A DNA stretch of 46,614 bases, the filler included, from Jimgerdemannia flammicorona (taxonomy: Eukaryota): assembly GCA_003990765.1 (NCBI GenBank). It is 2 parts of 2 records of this genome, joined end to end, with 100 filler letters (N's around TTAATTAATTAA, not from the genome) between each part and the next. Parts side by side here need not be neighbours in the genome. Positions count along the whole stretch, not along the records: positions 1 to 23,263 come from RBNJ01001128.1; 1 more part is not named here. One strand, written 5' to 3'. Positions within the stretch are counted from its first letter, which is position 1. Each line of letters starts with the position of its first letter. The notes below the pieces were generated by a model. It made no database searches. It was not told the DNA's origin and saw only the letters and a program-made list of their open reading frames with translations. Both the position numbers and the translations under genes were made by a program. Shown here one piece after another: positions 1-11,101 of this stretch.

Positions 1-1
1 A

Positions 2-27
<26 letters not shown>
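1..27 (+). repeat. Poly(A) run, possibly the tail of an upstream LINE inserted into the gypsy element
   Basis: 27 A at the window start, similar to the 29-A tail of the LINE at 18988-19016. Upstream context is not visible. Confidence 0.4.
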
Positions 28-32
<5 letters not shown>

Positions 33-78
33 TGATGAACCACTAGCCCTCTTAGAGAACAGTGATGATGAAGAAGAA

Positions 79-486
79 ATCAAAGTCAAGATTCAGAAAA
101 TCCACTCTAATGTAGTTCTACCAGAATATAAGTCAGATAATATAGCTGGAATGGATATTGCCACAGTAGAGAAAACTATATTAGAGCCCCAGATAACTAT
201 CCTACTTATAACTAGTCTGGAAATAACTATTCCAAAGGACTATATTAGGATCCTTAAGACAAGAAGTAGCCTAACTAAGAGTAAGATTACTATCAAAGGA
301 GGAGTCATCAATTCAGACTATATTAGAAAAATACTTCTCATTGCTAGAAACCACAATCTTATAATTCTATTTCTAATCAAGAAGAACTAATTGGTGCAGA
401 TATTGATCTTTCTAGTTCTTCAGCCAAAGATCATAAAAGTCAAAAAGTTGGAGAAAACAGAAAGAGGAAAGAAAGAATTCAGATAT
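79..486 (+). pseudogene. dUTPase domain of the gypsy pol
   Basis: One frame gives LPEYKSDNIAGMDI (motif 1), RSSL (motif 2), GGVINSDY (motif 3) and TERGKKEF (degenerate motif 5 RGxxGFG). One internal stop at 388-390. Confidence 0.85.
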
Positions 487-699
487 ATAAGAAGAGAAGT
501 ATTTACCAGTACTAAGATTATTGAACTAGATTATAAGAAGGAGGAAACTACAAAAAAGTATAGCTATACTATTAGAGATGAATTTCTGCTCAAGAAGGAA
601 CTCAAGAAAATACTCTATAAATTTGAGGATATCCTAGCTACAAACTTTAAGAATATCAAAAAAAAAAAAAACTCTATACTACTATCATAATATAGATAT

Positions 700-1629
700 A
701 GAAGATACTGAACTAATTTATCAAAAAGCAAGACCAATTCCATCAGTTTATTATAAATGGCTCAGAGAAGAAATCAAGCAGATAGAAGAAACCAGTATCA
801 TCAAAAAAGCCAGTAGCCCTTAGACTTTACCAGTTATATTGACTCTAAGAAAGAAAAGTAAACTAGAAGAATTTACTCTAAGGCTCTGCACTAATTACAG
901 AAAGCTCAACCTAACTATAAAGAAGGATTGTCAACCACTGCTACTTATCAGCAACATTCTTATAACCTTAGGAGATAAAGTATAGTACTATAGTATCTTA
1001 GACTTATATTCAGAATTCTATCAAATTGGTCTTACAGAAGTAGCAAGTGAGAAGTCAGCCTTCATCACTCTAGATAGAATCTATATCTATCTATAAATAC
1101 TATTCAGAATATATAATATACTAGCAAGCTTTCAGTAAATAATAAATAAAATCTTCTACTATAATATAGAAAGATAGATGATAGTTTATATAAATGATAT
1201 TATCATCTATAGTAAAACAGCTGAAGAATATCTGCAGTACATCTAGCAGATAATAGAAAAGCTAAGTATGGTCTATATATTAAGCTCAAGAAGTACAAGT
1301 TTGTAGAAATTGAGATCTCCTACCTTGGTCACATTATCAACTGAGATAGAATATATATAGACCTACTTAAGATTTAAGCAGTAATAGTATCCTCAAGGCC
1401 CACTACTGTTACTAAAACCCAAGCCTTCATAGAACTTATCTCTTACTACTGTAGATTTATTAAGAAATTCTTCAATATTATAGATCTAATCTATGAACTC
1501 AATAAAAAAGATATCAAGTTCCAATAAACTGGCAGATAACAAAAAGCATTTGATGAGCTCAAGATTAGACTGACTCAAGCATCTATTCTCAGAAGACCTA
1601 ATTGGATCTAAAATTTATTCTATAGACAG
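700..1629 (+). pseudogene. Gypsy reverse transcriptase remnant
   Basis: RLCTNYRKLN, LDLYSEFYQI, KSAFIT, VYINDIIIYS (YxDD decayed), ISYLGHII, YYCRFIKKF, QKAFDELK. Confidence 0.85.
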
Positions 1630-1969
1630 TGTCATGTAGTGGTCACTGAGTCCTTCAAATATACCAGATTCTCTTCAAGGTATATCTCTTAGACTAACTC
1701 AAGTTTGTTATAAGCAAGTTCTTATTGGAGTATCTTCCTAAGGTCTTATAGTCCTCAAACTTCTTATCTTTAACTGTCTTGTTATCTCTTAGATTGCTTG
1801 TAAGGGATTGTGTGTATTATACTGAGAAGACTGACTTTATTTTAGAGGAAATAAGAGTGGTATTTATACAAAATATAATTCAATAGTTACTAAGATATAA
1901 AGCTAAATATAAATTTTAATAACTAAAACTACTAAGTTTCAGGGTCGGCACTGATGGTTGTACAGGTTC

Positions 1970-2135
1970 AGGATGCTGGTATAATTCAGTGTCACATCAG
2001 AATATCAGTGCTGGAACAATTTTGTGTTACTTCAGAATACTGGTGCTGACATTATTTAGTGTTATATGAGAATACTGGTGCTGGAACAATTTTGTGTCAC
2101 CTCGGAATACCAGTGCTGGTATTATCCAGTGTAAC
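1970..2135. repeat. ~35-bp tandem repeat, about 4-5 units alternating two variants
   Basis: AGAATACTGGTGCTGGAACAATTTTGTGTCAC-type units alternate with AGAATACTGGTGCTGACATTATTTAGTGTTAT-type units. Confidence 0.8.
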
Positions 2136-2142
2136 AAAGAAC

Positions 2143-2955
2143 TTAGAGTAGAAAGTTCAGGACTATGGGGGCTTCATCATCATCATCATCATCATCACTG
2201 AAGGAGATGAGATTCGTGAATTCATCATTTTTGCATGCTTTGATGTCATGCGGGATGATGTCATCGCTGATGACATCATCATGTTCAGCAGTGGGGAAAT
2301 CAGAAATAAGATCTAGAGCTCTCCAGTCTATGAGGTTCTCTTCCACAAAATAGGGGACAAATGTCGGGTCTTTGGGAGATCGAACCCAGATGCTTGGGCC
2401 TTGAAATACTGAGATCAACTCTTGCAAGAATTGGTCTGGGTTATCCTGGAGGATAGGGTACCAGAAGTCTTCTACTTCATCACTATTGAGGGTGATAGTG
2501 GACTGGGCTTCTATAACCACTCTGGCTTCTAGTACATTAATATGGCAGGATGACAGGTCTCTGAAATCTGAGACTCTAACATACTCCAAGTTGGGGATTG
2601 ACTATGGTACATGCCTGAAGATCTGATGGATCTTCTTGGCTGTCCTTGTTCCACATATATCCATGGGAGTGGCATCTTGTAGCTCTTGAGTGCTGGCCTG
2701 TGGAAACTCCCAGTAGAGGAGGTTTCCTATTTCGTACTCCTGCCATATTTGGAGGCATTTGGTAGCAATGGTAATCCTTGTTTCCATTTCATAGTGGTAG
2801 AGGATAAAGTGATAGGAGTCTGTAGTATCCAGGTTGACACTAAGAGTCCTTCTTGAGTGGGTCCTCATAGCTCTTCTGATGTCTTGGAACATCCTTTCTT
2901 TAACTAAGATACCTTGGTGGTTCCTTGATCTTGAGATTTGGCAGGTAGCAGGCAT
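2143..2955 (-). pseudogene. ~270-codon ORF of unknown function within the LTR-like insert, with one in-frame TAG
   Basis: ORFs 2602..2955 and 2143..2589 are in the same frame, separated by a single TAG at 2602-2604. The C-terminus is acidic (SDDDDDDDEAP). Confidence 0.6.
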
Positions 2956-3200
2956 TTCATTTATGATAAGTCTTTGAGCTATTTTGGGATTAATGGTTCT
3001 TATTGGTTGCTGCTACTGTAGTTTCTTGATCCTTCTTTTATATTCTTCAGGATGCTTATACTGTGGTCACAATGACTCATAGTTGGTTATCATTGCTCAT
3101 CTCATATGCTATATAATCTTCTTATGTTCCAATCTGGTGGCTTGCAAGAAAAGGCCATCTCCTGTGCTAATGTCATCATTCTGGGGTCACTATTATAACA

Positions 3201-4763
3201 GATATACATAAGTATATAAGGACTAGGAGTAGTTCTGGCTCAAAAGAAAGACAAAGTAGAGTATATTATTATATATCTAAGCTGAGAAACTCAAGAAGCT
3301 GAAAAAGAGTATAAATTCTATAAGTTAGAATATCTTATAGTCATCTGAACTATAGAGAAGTTCTACTACTATCTTGCAGAGAGACACTTCACTATTCAGA
3401 TAGACTACTCAGCCCTTATCTGGCTATTAACTACTAGGTAACCCAAAGGACTCTATGCCAGATAGATTATAAAGTTGTAAGCTTATAATATAACCATTAT
3501 ATACTGCTCTGAAAGAACCAATAAACACAGATACTCTTTTATAGATACCCCAAAGAACTCTCAACTAGTAAATCAATCATAAATAAGAAACTCTACTATA
3601 GAATTATTACCTATATGAAATAGAGAAAGATGCTCCAATATCTAGAAGAATAGACATAAATGATTATTAATAGAATATAGAAACAATTTAAGACTGATGG
3701 AGAAATACTAAAGAAAGGAAAACTACTAGTTATACCTAAATACAAGAAGAAGTAAGCAATGAAATCAGTATATGAACTTAGCTATCTAGGAGGAACAAAC
3801 ATCTATAAAAAAGTAAAAAGAACAATATAGTGATCAGGAATAGAGAAGATATCAGATAATTTGTCAAAACTTATGATAAATATCAGAAATAAAAATAAAA
3901 CTAATAAAATCAAAACTCCAGATCAGTATATATACATAGAACCAGTATCCTTTGTATATATTGCAATAGATATAATTGATCCTCTACCCTTAACTTTGAC
4001 TGATAACTAATATATAATCATTATTATAGATCTTTTCATAAAATAGATAGAGACAGGACCTCTTAAAGAAGTCAATACATAGTCAATTGCTGATTTCTTT
4101 CACAACATCTATCATTTCAAGACCTCAGTACAAGTAACTACAGATAGAGGAACAGAATTCATGAACTAGTTCTTTAAGATTCTCTACAAAAAGTACAAGA
4201 TCCAGTATATTCAGACTATAGCCTATCATCTTCAGGAAAATGAATAAGCAGAAAGAACCAATAAGACTCTCAAGAATATTATTATCAAGATCTGCAATAA
4301 CTATAAAAACTGGAATCACTATCTACTAATAGCATTATCTGCTCTTTGGGATATTCAATTATAAAATACCTATTTTAACCCTTAAGAGATACTGTTTGAA
4401 GAAGAAAGTTCTCAAGAAACTTTATTATCTAATAGAGATACTGTATGGAAATATATAGATATAGAAATATAGAGACTATATCAAATCAGAAAGAAGACTG
4501 AGGATTACATAACCAAGGTGCAGATATTATAGTAGAATAATGTGAAAAAGATTCACAAGTCTTTGGAGATTATTAAGATAAGAGACAAAATTCTAATATA
4601 TCAGAATATAGTAGAAGCTTCATAGTTATGAAAACTGAAGTCTAAGTGGAAAGAATCTTATATTATACAAGATATAAAAGGAACTACCTTTTGGCTATAA
4701 AAACTCTTAGATATAATCTTCCCTACTATTATTTATTGAAATAAACTCAAGAAGTATCATAAC
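3201..4763 (+). pseudogene. Gypsy RNase H plus integrase remnant
   Basis: GLGVVLAQ, AEKEY..LE, HFTIQIDYSALIWL (RNase H); IAIDIIDPLP, TDRGTEFMN, AYHLQENE*AERTNKTLK (DDE core); KLKSKWKESY (decayed GPY/F module). Confidence 0.85.
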
Positions 4764-5750
4764 TAATCAACAGAGTATATACTACCACAGCCCTCAAGAT
4801 TACCAGTGCTATACAATGAGCTATAGAAAGACAATGATACACTACTGAGCTACTAATTATAGAAGAATCCTTTGACAGTATCTAGAGTATTGTTCAGATA
4901 TATTTATTATAAATCTCACATTTCAAGATCTATCAGAACCAGACTGAGTTTCAAGAATACTTCAAGTTGGGATAGCTACTAAACTCATAGCCAGAGATGA
5001 GAAAAGAAGACTGAATTAGAGAGTGCTTGCTTTCTTATACTCAGATCACAATTGCCAAGCAAGTTAATAAGTTGTTTAAAGATAATAAGCTAGCTCTAGC
5101 CCATTTTCAAGAAGAATATAATAATACAAATTGTACAGTATAAGGAGATATAACTGATGAAAGCTTGGGAGTTCAAGTGAATAGGATGTTTTAGAGACAA
5201 ATCATCTATTCAGAAGGAAGTAGTGATGGTTGATCTAAATCAGGAATATGAATCAGAAGAATAGACATTTGATTGCAGTACCTGAATCTGATTTCCAAAT
5301 ATAGTATAGCCTTACAAATAGCAGTCATATTTCACAAATATTAAAGTTTTCACAAATGTCAAAGATGTCAAGAATTAATACTTGTGAAAAGTGACTCACA
5401 GAAAATATAGTCATAACTTAGCCACCTTATAGCTAGCAAACTTATATAAATATCCCCAGTATCTAGAGTGAATAAAACCTCAGATTGAAATAGTTCAAAG
5501 CAAAGAGAAAACAAGAAAAACTAGTAAGTCTGCAGGCAGATACACTTTGAACTCACCCACCCCTGCATCCTGAGGACTCTGCAGAGTCAAAGAAGATCAA
5601 GTTTTCAAGATACAGAAATCTGACATACTTACCCAGTTATGTGTCTGCTACATTACAGTATGCAGGCAGGCTTATGTTGATATTGGCAGATGTTAGTATA
5701 AGGCAGCCATCGGCATTCCGGCGGAGATGGAAAAGGTTGTGGATGGTTCT

Positions 5751-5795
5751 GCGTGATGGAAAGTGGCGCGATGGAAAGTGGCGTGATGGAAAGTG
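5751..5795. repeat. 15-bp tandem repeat x3 (GCGTGATGGAAAGTG)
   Basis: Three adjacent near-identical units at the transposon/unique boundary. Confidence 0.9.
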
Positions 5796-6643
5796 ACAAT
5801 GTTGCGACTATCGAAAATAATATCACATAGTCACATGTCCGTCCCCTTTCCGCGTGGAGATAATCTTATTTTCTTAAAATACTGTGAAACCACGAGACCT
5901 GGAGTGATATCTATGTCGTTATAGGATTGGACCCATTACCAAATTACAACCATATGCATGTTTCGGTACATCTCGAAACCCCAGAGAAGATGCACTACCA
6001 ACGCACGGCTTAACTAACCCGGATAGATCAGAAAAGTCCGTCTGATCAGACAATAAAAGTCGAAATGATAAAAAATAAGGCAGCGATTTGAAATGTGAAG
6101 GCAGAATGCAGCGCATTATAAAATGATCGATTCTTTTATTGGAAGGTACGCCATTTTCGGAGATGTATACGTATTTGTTAGCTGAGAGAATGTAATATCT
6201 CAAGAACGGGAGCCTCCATTGCTCTACTGGCTGTATTATAAAATAAATAAAGCCTAAAGTCGGGAGGCGGAGAGCAGATCGTTGGTAGTTGAGTAGAAGT
6301 GACACACGTGGTGAAGGATGAAAATCGAGTGCCTACGCCCCAGGTCGAGAGGGAAATTGTACTACCATTTACTGATCGTAACGACGGAGATTTTAAGCAT
6401 ATGCGGATTTCCGTGGGCTGATTGTTAATCCCGGCGTCCACAACATTGATAATTACCTGTTATTAACCGAAAATTTTTTATACATAGTTACAAATGATTT
6501 ATTTTGGTTTAGACACAGGAGTTGGGAGTATGTGAGAGAGGTATGTGATAGAGAGTTTGTGCATAGACAGTGACGCTCTATGGGTTTGGTGGGTACCACC
6601 AGCCCGTTTTTGGGTATACCGTATTGAGTCGAGGTCGTTCTCA

Positions 6644-8476
6644 TTACATCATGAATTCATTACTTGTAATTTCCCCAAGGCCTGCATCTGATGTTTCCGC
6701 CAGTGCACTCTTCCTCGCCTTAACCTCCCGTCGATGGTTCCACCAACTTCGTATGCACACGTATATTATGTGGAGTCCGAGAGCTGCAAAAGGTGTGGTC
6801 AAACTGAGGATGCGATGCAAGGTTGTGAGGCAGTCAGCCCGTTGGTGGTTGATGAGCGAAGCGAGAATGCCAATGAAGCCGGCCTGATAGTCGAGAGTTG
6901 GAACAGCCTGTTTAAAGTTTGTGCGTTGATCGATGTATTCGTCAGTGGCGTTGGGGCCTCCAAGCAGAGCTCCTGCCGATTTTAAAAGTGTCAAAGTTAG
7001 TTGAAGTTGTCGGCTTGACAATGCCGAGTAATTTTACGCCCAGGCGGTAGACCCACCTACAATAACGTGCATGTTCCGCGCGGGCGTATTAATGTTGTTC
7101 CCACCGTGAGCTAGTCGGTGGGAGATATTGACGGGTGATTTTTCTGTGCCGGTGATGAAGACCATTCCGATGGGGTTTCTCCCGAGGGCATATTCCAGCT
7201 GCCGGACAGCAAAAGCAGATGCACGCCATGCGGAATGGCTTCCGCGAGTAGTTGGGGAGTCGGCGTACATTTGGGCAAGCCAAGCCGAATTCAGAGCATC
7301 TACAGGTAAATGTGTATATATATATATGAGCACTATATTTAGAGGTCACGGATTGTACGAAAATGCGTGATACTCACATCGGAGGGCACCCGTGTCGCTG
7401 ATATTTTCATAATATAGCATTCCCCCTGGCGTGAATATTGTTCCATATTTGTTATCAAACTTTAGCCACTCCCACATTCTCATATCACAATCCACGACAA
7501 TCGCATCGTCCGCCGCTAGCGTTCTGACGGCCAGTGCGCACATCAAATGCGCTTTTTGATCCCATGATGGCGGAAGACCGCGAATATTAGAGGTGACGGC
7601 GTATTGGCGGATATGGGTATCCAAGTCACGACGGTACGCATATTCCCCTGTGGCTTTGTAGAGCCAGGTGGCCGCCCACGCCAATTCGTCGCCATAGCCA
7701 CTTGACATGTAATGACCACGGAGGCGGGGAACCGAGCTGTTTACAGATCCAAGATATGTGGTAGCAAAGGTGTACATCTGCCGGCCATGGGCGAGGAGCC
7801 CTGCGGCGTACATGGGATCGCTGGCATGTAGAGCAAGTGATGCCGCGGTAAAAGCGGCGGCGGCCTGGTTGTAAAGAATATCGCATTAGCGGTCTGGCGC
7901 CAGCATGGATGACTTGTGAGAGAGTAATGGCATACCTCGCCTGCCAAGTCCGACCCTGGGTTTTGTGGATCAATGAAAGAGACGGGACGACGTGTAGAGG
8001 CTGCGTTTACCCCGTCGAACTGCTGCCAGCTGGCGAGATCAAATTTCGGGTCGCCCACCTACAAGTACAAAATTAGCCGCGCTTGCAAAGGACGCTCCGA
8101 GTGTTTAGCAGTAACAATAACACACCTGTGCAACATATGTATCCTCGTTAGCGTGACAAGCCAACATCCAGTCGGTCGCCCACCGAATCACTCTTGTGAC
8201 ATTATTAAGTTCTCCCACTTCCTCGAAAATGGCTCGGTACTCGATCGCCTGAAAAGATAGCATGGATACTGTGGCGGCAAGCGGGAAACCAAACTTGACA
8301 AAGTCGCTGCTGTCTAAGTAGCCGCCGGAAAGGTCGAGACCGACCGAGGCACCATCGTTGAGGGCAATGTCGGTGCGCCAAGGAACAGTGTTCCATTTCG
8401 GCAAGCGGCCGGATTGCTGGACCTGAAAAAAGACAAGGGACATTTTGAGGAGCTGGTTGAGGGACAAGGTGGCCAT
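6644..8476 (-). CDS. GH9 (endo-beta-1,4-glucanase fold) protein, ~510 aa, 5 exons, substituted catalytic acid, C-terminal hydrophobic segment
   Basis: Exons 8476-8126, 8058-7936, 7864-7378, 7299-7057 and 6972-6644 total 1533 nt. All four introns are GT-AG, 67-84 nt. Motifs: QQSGRLP..VPWRTD.ALNDG..GLDLSGGYLDSSDFVKFGFP, PGSDLAGE, DELAWAATWLYKATG, SWDQK, TPGG, LRYA, GALLGGP..D..R..LDYQAG. An upstream exon or signal peptide cannot be excluded. Confidence 0.9.
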
Positions 8477-9158
8477 ATTGTTTGTCGTGCGCTAATGGTT
8501 ATTGGTTACTTAGGTTTGAGAGAATCGCTGCTAAGCTACTATAATATACCGTTTGCCATGGTCTTTCGTCAAGCCTTTTAAACGATTTATTCATCAGGCT
8601 CCCTTTTTTGGAACACGAGTCAAACATAAAATATAATATAATGAAAGGGGACGGAAATGCAGGTGAGAAAAGTATTGACTTAATCATGTTAGCAAGGAGA
8701 TCAATTTAATGTCTCACATAAGAATGAAAAGCCCTTCGAAGTGTGATTTTATACTCGTGCCCAAAAAATAGAACAAAAACGACGGGGAAATAGTCGAGGA
8801 CGGGTTGGGGCCCGTTTTATGTTTTACCACCTTTTTTTTTGTCTCGGCCATCAGGGTTCAGAAATAGTGTATATTATCTTACCTGGTAAATAAATACAGA
8901 GACTCAATGTACAGGACAGACACAGCAGTATGTGGAATGCAGTATCTGAGAGAACGTCGCTGATGATTTAACCTCTCGCCACCATATCTCACAGTCAATA
9001 TGTGCGGGTATACGAATGGAAATGCCCCTATATGTGTCCACTGCACAGCTTTCATTCCGTTCACACGGCCTGCAAAGTGTCATGTACGGTCACGAGTGAG
9101 GTAGTATAAAAGAATGCCATGAAGCCAGCACCTCGACACCTCGACAAGTGCATAGAAA
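8477..9158. promoter_or_regulatory. Putative bidirectional promoter between the GH9 and GT2 synthase genes
   Basis: 682 bp between divergent ATGs. TATAAAAG on + at 9105-9112 and TATAAAA on - at 8753-8747, each with CACGAG shortly upstream. Confidence 0.55.
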
Positions 9159-11101
9159 ATGGTGTTCTCACTTCGTATTACATTCCGTATTTTCCTTTTA
9201 TTACTCTGCACGATCACCACAATCTCTTATACCGTCCTTCGAGCGCAATACACCATCGACCAACGAACACCAGCAAGGATTTGGTACACCACCCTTGTAG
9301 TATTCCTCGAACTCGTAAACGGGGTTGCGTTCCTTCTGATGCTCCTGGAGCGGGTTAGGTCAAACGCATCGCCGGGCCTCCCCATACCTTCCAGTAAGCG
9401 TGTCCCCGGAGACGTACAACGCAGCTCATCGTCTACCCTTAAGGCCACTGATCTCAATGAGGTCGCTGACAAGTCAAATATAGACGCCGTGTGGCCCACC
9501 GTCACAATCCTAATCACATGCTGTGGAGAGGATCCCGAGGTCATCCGTGGGACTGTGCTCGCTGCCCAGCGCGTGCGGTATCCTGTCGCAAGTAAGGTCC
9601 AGGTCTACCTTTGCGATGACGGCAAGAACCTCGACGGAATACCCCTCCACGTCGACGATCTCTTGCCCATCGTACTCGACCCATCCGCCTTCAGCACCGT
9701 TCGCGCCCCTCCAATTTACATCCGCCGCAAGAAGACCCCGAGCGTTCCACACCACGCAAAGGCCGGCAATTTAAACCATGCCCTGAAATGCACCCCTTAC
9801 TCTGACTTCGTGGCGGTATTCGATGCTGACATGCAATGCGATCCTGATTTCCTGCTCGAAACCGTGTCCAGATTATGCGAGGACAAGCAAGCCGCGTTCG
9901 TGCAGACGCCGCAAAGCTTTACTAATGCTGAGGAAAGTTCCGCGCGTGATCCGTTGGATACAATATCGCGAGTGTATTATAACGTGATCTTGCCGGGGTG
10001 GGCGGCGTGGGGTTGTACCCCATGTGCGGGGACCAACTTTTTAATGCGCAGGGCGGCCATTGACTCGATTGGGGGATTCCCGACTGGGTGCGTAACGGAG
10101 GACTATCTTATGAGCATGAAGGTACTGTGTCGGTTGCTTTTTGGCTTTGATATGAATGCCGCACCTAGTCTGACACTACCTATTTAACAGCTTCACGGAA
10201 AGGGCTGGACCTCCCTCTATCTCAACAAGGTTTTGGCCCGTGGTCTTGCACCCGAGAACATCAAGGACCTGTTCCGCCAACGCTCCCGCTGGGCCAAGGG
10301 CAACCTTCAGATCTGGTTCAACCACAACCCCATAATAGAACCCGGCCTCACTCCCATACAACGTCTTCTCTATATGTCTGTTGGTGTGGGATATCTCAAC
10401 TCCGCCCTCCTCGTATTCTGGATGGTTATCCCTATCTTTCACCTTATCACCGGTATCCTCCCGATTTTCCTGCAGGATACGTGGATGGCATACATCATTG
10501 TGGCGCAACTACTGTTCACGCAGGTCGCGGGAATCTTCCTGTCCATCCCGAGTGGTGGTGATCAATTTACGGAGCATCTGCTATCTTTCTGGTCATCCTC
10601 GCAGTTTGCGTGGATGTTCCAGTACTATCATGCCAAGGTATGCTTCTTGAGTAATTGTTGGAGTTCTAAGCTCGACAAGTTTTGACTACAACTCTTTTGC
10701 AGGCCACGATAGTCTCCTTCCTTGGCCGCGACTTAAGTTTCAAAGTCTCTGACAAGGGTGGCCCACAGCGCAGCCACGTCTCCGCCTCCCTTCGTTTGAC
10801 GTGGTTCAACTTGGTGGTGTCAGTTATTATGCTCGCCGCTCTTGCGTACCGTATTGTCCTCCTTGCCATCAAGGCCAAGAACACCGGCCTTAATCCTCAG
10901 GACGTACAGTATCTGCTATCTGCAGTGTTCATCCTCAACATTATTTGTGTTCAGAGTCAGGTCGTGTTTCTTGCCATCAAAGACAACATCCTCCGCGGGT
11001 GCAGCCACATCTTTGTGTTAGTTTGGCAGAACTTGTCCCTGTTTGGGGTGGGAGCGGCACTGTGCATACTCGCGAAATTGGTGGGATTTTCTGACGTATG
11101 A
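9159..11101 (+). CDS. Cellulose synthase-like processive GT2 (BcsA/CesA/CelA type), ~602 aa, 3 exons
   Basis: Exons 9159-10121, 10191-10637 and 10703-11101 total 1809 nt. Two N-terminal TM segments, then DDG, HAKAGNLN, FDAD, FVQTPQ, TED, RGLAPE, QRSRW, gating-loop-like FKVSDK, and several C-terminal TM segments. No PilZ domain seen. Confidence 0.92.

Larger units (their letters stand above)
1630..3200 (-). mobile_element. Solo-LTR-like insertion (TG...CA) inside the host RNase H
   Basis: Starts TGTCATGTAGTGGTCAC and ends GTCACTATTATAACA (imperfect inverted termini). Flanked by GACAG/GATAT, a degenerate 5-bp TSD. Removing it restores L*TDISI*GLGVVLAQ, the decayed RNase H LxTDAS..GLGAVL motif. 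Minus-strand TATA near 1861-1868. Confidence 0.75.
28..5657 (+). mobile_element. Decayed Ty3/gypsy LTR retrotransposon (pol dUTPase-RT-RNaseH-integrase, extra 3' ORF remnant, probable 3' LTR), interrupted at 1630-3200
   Basis: Domain order is RT-RH-IN, with many TAA/TAG stops. The TA-rich composition ends abruptly at ...CATTACA 5657. TATA-like TTATATAAATA near 5442. The 5' part lies outside the window and the LTR start is not defined. Confidence 0.85.

Noticed and set aside
1970..2135. 35-bp periodic repeats as a possible CRISPR array
   Set aside because: The units are contiguous with no unique spacers, there are no cas genes, and the context is a eukaryotic LTR.
5919..6644. Short ORFs downstream of the GH9 gene
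   Set aside because: No recognisable motifs or consistent splice model; likely 3'UTR or intergenic.
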